A stretch of 64,000 nucleotides of DNA from an uncultured archaeon (GTDB taxonomy: Archaea > Asgardarchaeota > Thorarchaeia > Thorarchaeales > Thorarchaeaceae), in the NCBI GenBank assembly GCA_964610875.1, contig CAZSWP010000008.1, forward strand, positions 34,724-98,723, in the 5' to 3' direction. Under the pieces are notes generated by a model, which saw only the letters and a program-made list of their open reading frames with translations, had not been told where the DNA came from and made no database searches. Shown here piece by piece: positions 58,964 through 64,000 of this stretch; the stretch's first letter is position 1; every line of letters begins with the position of its first letter. Position numbers and translations under genes: made by a program.

Positions 58964-61015
58964 GTGACAAAACTGAGCAACTATCCTACTAAACAACCCG
59001 TACTGGTAACATGTGGACTTCCTTATGCCAGTGGCGAGATGCACATTGGTCATCTGCGGACATACGTGCCAGCAGATGTGTTTGTCAGACTCCTAAAGAA
59101 AATGCGAGTGGACGTCACATTCGTCTGTGGGTCAGACACACATGGTACACCTATTCTGACTTCCGCAGAGAAAGCTGGCGTCAGTCCCAAGGAACTCTAT
59201 CAGAAATACCATCAGCACTATCTGGACACCTTTCCCAAGTTGAACATTGAGTTTGATAATTATGGCACAACAGATGATCCTGAGAATGTTGAACGTACTC
59301 TTCAGATAGTGAAAAAATTGCAAAAGAATGATTACATTTACCCAAAGGAGCTCGAAACTCCCTATTGTGAGAAATGTGCTCGTTCATTGCCTGATAGGTA
59401 TGTCAGAGGTATCTGTCCTTATTGTGGAGCTGATGCTCGTGGTGATGAATGTGACCAAGGCTGTGGCCGATATCTAGAGCCTGGCGAAATCAAAAGCCCA
59501 CGATGTGCAATATGTGGCTCTCCAACTCGACTCGTGACAAAGACACATTACTACTTCAAACTCACAGCATTCGAGGATTTCCTACGAGAATACCTTGAGA
59601 ATGTAGATGGCACAAAGATTGCAAAGAACTATGCCCTTGGCTGGGTAAAGGAGGGTTTCAAAGACTGGAACATAACGAGGGACCTCGCATGGGGAATACC
59701 CTATCCTGGCGATGAGAATCTCACTCTATATGTATGGGTTGATGCTCCTATTCACTACATGTCGAGCACAGAACAGTGGGCAAAGAAGATTGGAAAACCC
59801 GATGAGTGGGAGAAGTTCTGGAAACCTGGTGATGGACGTCTGGTGCATTACATAGGTCAGGACATTGTCTACCATCACTGTATCTTTTGGCCTGCAATGC
59901 TGAAGGGCAGCGGCTACAATCTTCCATTTGCCATAGTGGCTTCTGGAATGGTTAAGATTGATGGACATAACTTTAGTAGAGGTCGTGGCTATGTGGTCTG
60001 GATTAAAGACGACTACCTTGAGAAGGGACTCGACTCTGACTATCTTAGATACTATATGGTGTCCTTTACTGGACAGACAAGAGACCTCGATTTCAGTTGG
60101 GACACGTACGCTGAAAAGGTGAACAACGAACTAGTTGGAACACTCGGTAACTTCATCTACAGAGCTTTGCATTTCACGAACAAACACTTTGGTGCTGTTC
60201 CAGAGGGAAAATTCGACTCTAAACTTCAAGCAGAGATTGAGCAATCGATAAAGACGATATCAGAGGCAGTGAACGAGTACGAACTAAAGAAATACACCGA
60301 CGAAGTTCTACGATTAGCATCGATTGGAAACGAGTACTTCCAAGCTAATCAACCTTGGAGCTTGGTGAAAGAAAACAAAGATAAAGCTGGAGAGGTGTTG
60401 TACAACGCATTAGCTTTGACTAAAGCACTAGCTATCTTCGTAGAACCTGTTATGCCGAATGTCGCTGAAACAATCTGGACCCAGCTTGGATATGACGCTA
60501 AGACTATACATGAATCAGTCTTAGAAGATGCCTTAGTGATTCCTGAAGCCGGCACTAAATTGAAGAAACCTGAACCCATCATTAGTAAGATTGATGATGA
60601 CCTTCTAACGGAGCTAAATCAAAGCATTGAAGACCGAATCAAAGCAGCTGAGGCTGCAGAGAGAGGCGATACTGTGAGCAATGAAACAACAATCTCATAC
60701 GATGAATTCAAGAAACTGGATCTACGTGCTGGTAAGATTCTCGAGTGTGTGAAAGTCCCAAAAAAGGACCGACTTCTTCAGATAACTGTAGATGTTGGTA
60801 CTGAGAAACGCTCTATGGTCACTGGACTTGCTGAGATGTACTCATGTGATGAATTGAAGGGCAAGACTGCTCTATTCTTGATCAACCTCGAACCCAAGAA
60901 GATTGGCGGCATCGAGAGTCATGGCATGATAATCGCAATTGAGCGAGCCGATAAAAAGGATGATTGGGTGCCTGTCTGGCTCGAGGACCTTCCTCCTGGT
61001 AGCAAGGCAGCATAG
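58964..61015 (+). CDS. metG: Methionyl-tRNA synthetase with C-terminal tRNA-binding domain
   Basis: LPYASGEMHIGH, Zn knuckles, LYVWVDAP, NFSRG (KMSKS variant), C-terminal OB fold. Confidence 0.97.
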   Translation: MTKLSNYPTKQPVLVTCGLPYASGEMHIGHLRTYVPADVFVRLLKKMRVDVTFVCGSDTHGTPILTSAEKAGVSPKELYQKYHQHYLDTFPKLNIEFDNYGTTDDPENVERTLQIVKKLQKNDYIYPKELETPYCEKCARSLPDRYVRGICPYCGADARGDECDQGCGRYLEPGEIKSPRCAICGSPTRLVTKTHYYFKLTAFEDFLREYLENVDGTKIAKNYALGWVKEGFKDWNITRDLAWGIPYPGDENLTLYVWVDAPIHYMSSTEQWAKKIGKPDEWEKFWKPGDGRLVHYIGQDIVYHHCIFWPAMLKGSGYNLPFAIVASGMVKIDGHNFSRGRGYVVWIKDDYLEKGLDSDYLRYYMVSFTGQTRDLDFSWDTYAEKVNNELVGTLGNFIYRALHFTNKHFGAVPEGKFDSKLQAEIEQSIKTISEAVNEYELKKYTDEVLRLASIGNEYFQANQPWSLVKENKDKAGEVLYNALALTKALAIFVEPVMPNVAETIWTQLGYDAKTIHESVLEDALVIPEAGTKLKKPEPIISKIDDDLLTELNQSIEDRIKAAEAAERGDTVSNETTISYDEFKKLDLRAGKILECVKVPKKDRLLQITVDVGTEKRSMVTGLAEMYSCDELKGKTALFLINLEPKKIGGIESHGMIIAIERADKKDDWVPVWLEDLPPGSKAA

Positions 61016-61023
61016 ATCAAAAC

Positions 61024-61058
61024 GAGCTAGTCAACGGACTAGCTCTACTGACTTTTTT
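61024..61058 (+). terminator. Hairpin + T-tract after metG
   Basis: GAGCTAGTC-AACG-GACTAGCTC then TACTGACTTTTTT. Confidence 0.75.
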
Positions 61059-61186
61059 AGTACACGAACTTGGTTGTTTAGCAGAGATGAAACGGATATC
61101 TCTTCCTCAAGCCATCTCTCTAAATTTTGTGGTATTTAGGAAATAATATATCCAATTTTTTTTGTATCAATGTTGATTTGATTAAG

Positions 61187-61723
61187 ATGAAATCAGGGAT
61201 GCAATCGAAAGCTCTAATGTTCGTTCTATCATTATTGCTTGTATCATCATCAATCTCGTTGGTGGTTGCACACACCCCCGCTGGAATGGATTTTGAATAT
61301 GATTCAAGTACTAATACACTTACAGTAGAAGTGACTCATTCGGTTTCGGATGTCAACACGCACTATATCTATCGTATAGAGGTCTACAAGAACAATGTAC
61401 TTGAGGAAACACGTGATTATGATGCACAGGATTCCACATCTGGCATGAGTGATACATTCACTGTAGAAGCTGAAGATGGTGATGTGTTAAAGGCAACAGC
61501 ATACTGTAGTCTTTCAGGCCAGATAACTAATGAGATAACCGTTTCAAGCTCTACTGATACTACCACAACAGATAGTACGACTGATGATACCACATCCGAA
61601 ACAACAAGTGATACGGATGATCCAGCACCTCCTATGGATGGTGGAGTACTGACTATTGTTGTAGTACTTGCTGCAATTGTTGTCGTAATTATCTTGATAG
61701 TAGCAATTAGGAAGAAATACTAA
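61187..61723 (+). CDS. Secreted, membrane-anchored superoxide reductase/desulfoferrodoxin-fold-like protein
   Basis: Signal peptide ending VVA-HTP, VTHS..THYIYRIEV, AYCSLSG, Thr/Asp-rich linker, C-terminal TM + RKKY. Start set at ATG 61187. Confidence 0.65.
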   Translation: MKSGMQSKALMFVLSLLLVSSSISLVVAHTPAGMDFEYDSSTNTLTVEVTHSVSDVNTHYIYRIEVYKNNVLEETRDYDAQDSTSGMSDTFTVEAEDGDVLKATAYCSLSGQITNEITVSSSTDTTTTDSTTDDTTSETTSDTDDPAPPMDGGVLTIVVVLAAIVVVIILIVAIRKKY

Positions 61724-61754
61724 AGGAATCTAACGGTTTTAGCTTGGTGTTCGT

Positions 61755-62306
61755 TTGAAGAGAATCTACTTACTCCGCCATGCTGAAACCTTTCCTGATC
61801 TTGATGATCCAAGCAAAGAATGGTGTCTCACACCGGATGGAGTTGCATCCTCAAAGCACTTAGCTAGTCAAAGCGTTTTCAATGATGTGAGAGCGATATA
61901 CTCCTCTACAGAATCAAAGGCTATAGATACGGCAAGGCCAATTGCTGAAAGTATTGGTCTGCCTATATTGACAAAAAATTGTCTATGTGAACTCCAAAGA
62001 GGACTGCCTTTGTCCTCAAATGAAGAATACGAGTCTGTTGTACGAGAAATGTTTGAACGATTGGAACCCGTGCTTGAAGATTGGGAGCATCCATTACAGG
62101 CATTGAACCGTTTTCAGGTATGTGTTGATGCGATTCAAAAAGAATCTGATGCGGAAACTGTATTGATTGTGTCACACGGTCTGGTTCTTACACTGTACTT
62201 TGCTTCTCTACTGAAAAGTGAGGATTATTTTCATCGATGGAAATCTCTCTCTTTCCTAGCTTATGGCTCAGTAGTTGATGGGACTATAGAACAGGATATT
62301 ATCTGA
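61755..62306 (+). CDS. Histidine phosphatase family protein
   Basis: IYLLRHAET, IYSS..KAIDTA, LIVSHG. Confidence 0.88.
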   Translation: MKRIYLLRHAETFPDLDDPSKEWCLTPDGVASSKHLASQSVFNDVRAIYSSTESKAIDTARPIAESIGLPILTKNCLCELQRGLPLSSNEEYESVVREMFERLEPVLEDWEHPLQALNRFQVCVDAIQKESDAETVLIVSHGLVLTLYFASLLKSEDYFHRWKSLSFLAYGSVVDGTIEQDII

Positions 62307-62311
62307 ACCAA

Positions 62312-63013
62312 CTATTGTTGATTTCCAGTATATCTTGGGTCTCTCAATTGTGCACCACAAGAACGGCAATTAGCAAATCCAAATGCTGAAACATCCTGCT
62401 CTCCGTATGGCATCACTGCACCACAGTATGGACATTCAGTAAGAGGGCCTCTATAACCTCGCATTTGAGATGGAGGTGGTTGTTGCGAAACATATCCCGT
62501 TGCTGGCTCCATCTCCAGTCCATAGTATCTTCGTGGTTGGACTCTCTGATGGGTCTCTTCAAACATACCTGCTACTTTCTTTACAACAAAACCATCAATT
62601 ATCGAAAATGGGCCAAATGCAATGGCAAGATAGATGAGCAAATTGGTTAGAGTATCTGCTGTAAATAGATCATATATTGTCAACGGCAAATGAACGATGA
62701 GAAGGACAAGGAACAACAAAAGACCGTGACCAATCAGGCTGGTCCATTTAGTTCTGATATCCATCTTCCAGAAATATCCCATCAACTTTACATTCAACCA
62801 ACCTATTGCCAAGAATAATGCTGCAAAGCCTACGATGAATCCTATAATCCCAAGTAGAAGCAGAAGGAAAACGATGACTAAGAGCATGATGTATATCACA
62901 ATCTCAAGTCCTATCGACCATAGAAAGCCACTCACAAAATATGTTCCAATATTCGCCATGAATGAATCATCGCGCTTTTCTACTGACGTGCGTGTATATC
63001 CCTCATCGATCAT
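62312..63013 (-). CDS. Multi-pass membrane protein with C-terminal Zn ribbon
   Basis: About four hydrophobic segments, then CPYCG..CRSCG. Start uncertain (63013 or 62960). Confidence 0.7.
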   Translation of the reverse strand: MIDEGYTRTSVEKRDDSFMANIGTYFVSGFLWSIGLEIVIYIMLLVIVFLLLLLGIIGFIVGFAALFLAIGWLNVKLMGYFWKMDIRTKWTSLIGHGLLLFLVLLIVHLPLTIYDLFTADTLTNLLIYLAIAFGPFSIIDGFVVKKVAGMFEETHQRVQPRRYYGLEMEPATGYVSQQPPPSQMRGYRGPLTECPYCGAVMPYGEQDVSAFGFANCRSCGAQLRDPRYTGNQQ

Positions 63014-63143
63014 AGGTGTCACTCTTCTGGAGAATTGATTGTAAGAACTTTGATGTAGACTTATAAATTGTGTAAAAAGCAAAGCGATTCATTCGCGAAG
63101 CTTTTTTCAATGAAAATCCGTACCTATGAACGGTGTTATTCGC

Positions 63144-63653
63144 ATGGCGAAAGTAACAAAGCCCAAGATCACGTCATTTTCCAAGTTCAAAGAGGCTTGG
63201 GAGAAGGATGCAGGAAAACCTGAGAACACGATTCTCTATTACATAATTGCCGCGTTGAATGTTGAGAAAGATCCAGACCTTGCAAATGCAATGATGACGG
63301 TTGTTGTGTCAAAGAAAGACTGTCTTGAGGATGGTAGGTCTCCGTCAGGACTTAAACTTGGTAGAGGTGCCAAGTACTATGTCGGGCAGTTCAAGAAGAA
63401 TAAGAATATCGCTCGTTCATATGTTGGTGGTACTCCCGAGAACGATTATGCTATTGACAAGAGTTTAACGATGACTGTTGTGAGGAAGCAAAAAGTGGGC
63501 AAGCGACTAAAGATTTTCATTCAGAGTGGTGGTAAGGATTTGGCGACTCCCGTTAGTCTGCAAGAAAACAAGGACGGACAATGGAAGCTCGTTGAATATT
63601 CGAGTCTCTGTACTGGCGTCAAACCACCGAAGAGTGAGGAAGGCAACTTCTAA
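63144..63653 (+). CDS. Hypothetical basic protein
   Basis: Open frame with protein-like composition (RSYVGGTPENDY, KIFIQSGG) and a downstream hairpin. Start 63126 or 63144. Confidence 0.7.
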   Translation: MAKVTKPKITSFSKFKEAWEKDAGKPENTILYYIIAALNVEKDPDLANAMMTVVVSKKDCLEDGRSPSGLKLGRGAKYYVGQFKKNKNIARSYVGGTPENDYAIDKSLTMTVVRKQKVGKRLKIFIQSGGKDLATPVSLQENKDGQWKLVEYSSLCTGVKPPKSEEGNF

Positions 63654-63660
63654 TCTCCTG

Positions 63661-63702
63661 TACTCATGTCAGAGTTTTTCGGCATGAGTATTTCTTCTCT
63701 TT
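63661..63702 (+). terminator. Hairpin + T-rich tract
   Basis: TACTCATGTC-N10-GGCATGAGTA then TTTCTTCTCTTT. Confidence 0.6.
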
Positions 63703-63803
63703 ACCTTGTCTTGTGAAAAGTTCAATGTAGAATAGTTTTCACAAAAACTCTTTTACGGATTAAATGGAATCTATATTCTTCATTTAGTTTATGATAGTTT
63801 AGC

Positions 63804-64000
63804 TTACTCTTTCAACCAATCTGAGCGAACACCAACACTCTTCAAGAGAATACTACAAGGAAATTCATCACACTCGGAACAAAAGGTGAGTTCCTTAATC
63901 TCTCTACGACATTTGAAAATATCACACCCAAGTCTACTATTAGTTCCACACCGTTCATTGTAACTTGTACAAACTTGGACACCAGAGTGATGTACCTCCA
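63804..64000 (-). CDS. C-terminal fragment of Cys-rich DUF3795-like protein (5'-truncated)
   Basis: The - strand frame reads ...RLGCDIFKCRREIKELTFCSECDEFPCSILL...WLKE*. Confidence 0.6.
   Translation of the reverse strand, partial: EVHHSGVQVCTSYNERCGTNSRLGCDIFKCRREIKELTFCSECDEFPCSILLKSVGVRSDWLKE

Noticed and set aside
1-64000. Selenoprotein/pyrrolysine readthrough, rRNA, tRNA, integrase or transposase
   Set aside because: By eye, no recognised gene is interrupted by an in-frame TGA/TAG and no diagnostic RNA or mobile-element motifs were seen. A tRNAscan/Infernal run would be needed to exclude them fully.

Overview
Chromosomal window from an archaeon, most likely Asgard (Thorarchaeota-like). 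This is inferred from archaeal marker genes (S17e, thermosome, HMG-CoA synthase/thiolase/DUF35, DUF359 kinase) together with Asgard-style giant surface proteins carrying a longin-like cytoplasmic tail. It is gene-dense and mostly housekeeping: NfnAB/SudAB, Nnr, mevalonate entry cluster, AsnB, TrxB, thermosome, FecBCD-type metal ABC importer, KorAB-FumC-SdhAB, DNA ligase-QueD-FolE2 and MetRS. I found no rRNA, tRNA, CRISPR array or transposase. The ORF track misses three coding regions: a >1000-aa SMC5/6-like gene running off the left edge, a 49-aa ORF, and a DUF3795-like fragment at the right edge. The strongest leads are: (1) an SMC5/6-like gene apparently co-transcribed with a catalytically dead AAA+ protein, divergent from a MoxR ATPase plus HExxH-peptidase/VWA pair; (2) a membrane-anchored superoxide-reductase-fold protein whose mature N-terminal His may replace a lost iron ligand; (3) a ~1800-aa receptor-like protein with a cytoplasmic longin-like domain, next to a Zn-finger/V4R (Bet3-like) protein; (4) further pseudoenzymes (dead HerA-like ATPase, dead His kinase); (5) candidate operators upstream of the thermosome and the metal importer. 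All family calls come from reading motifs by eye; no database search was run.
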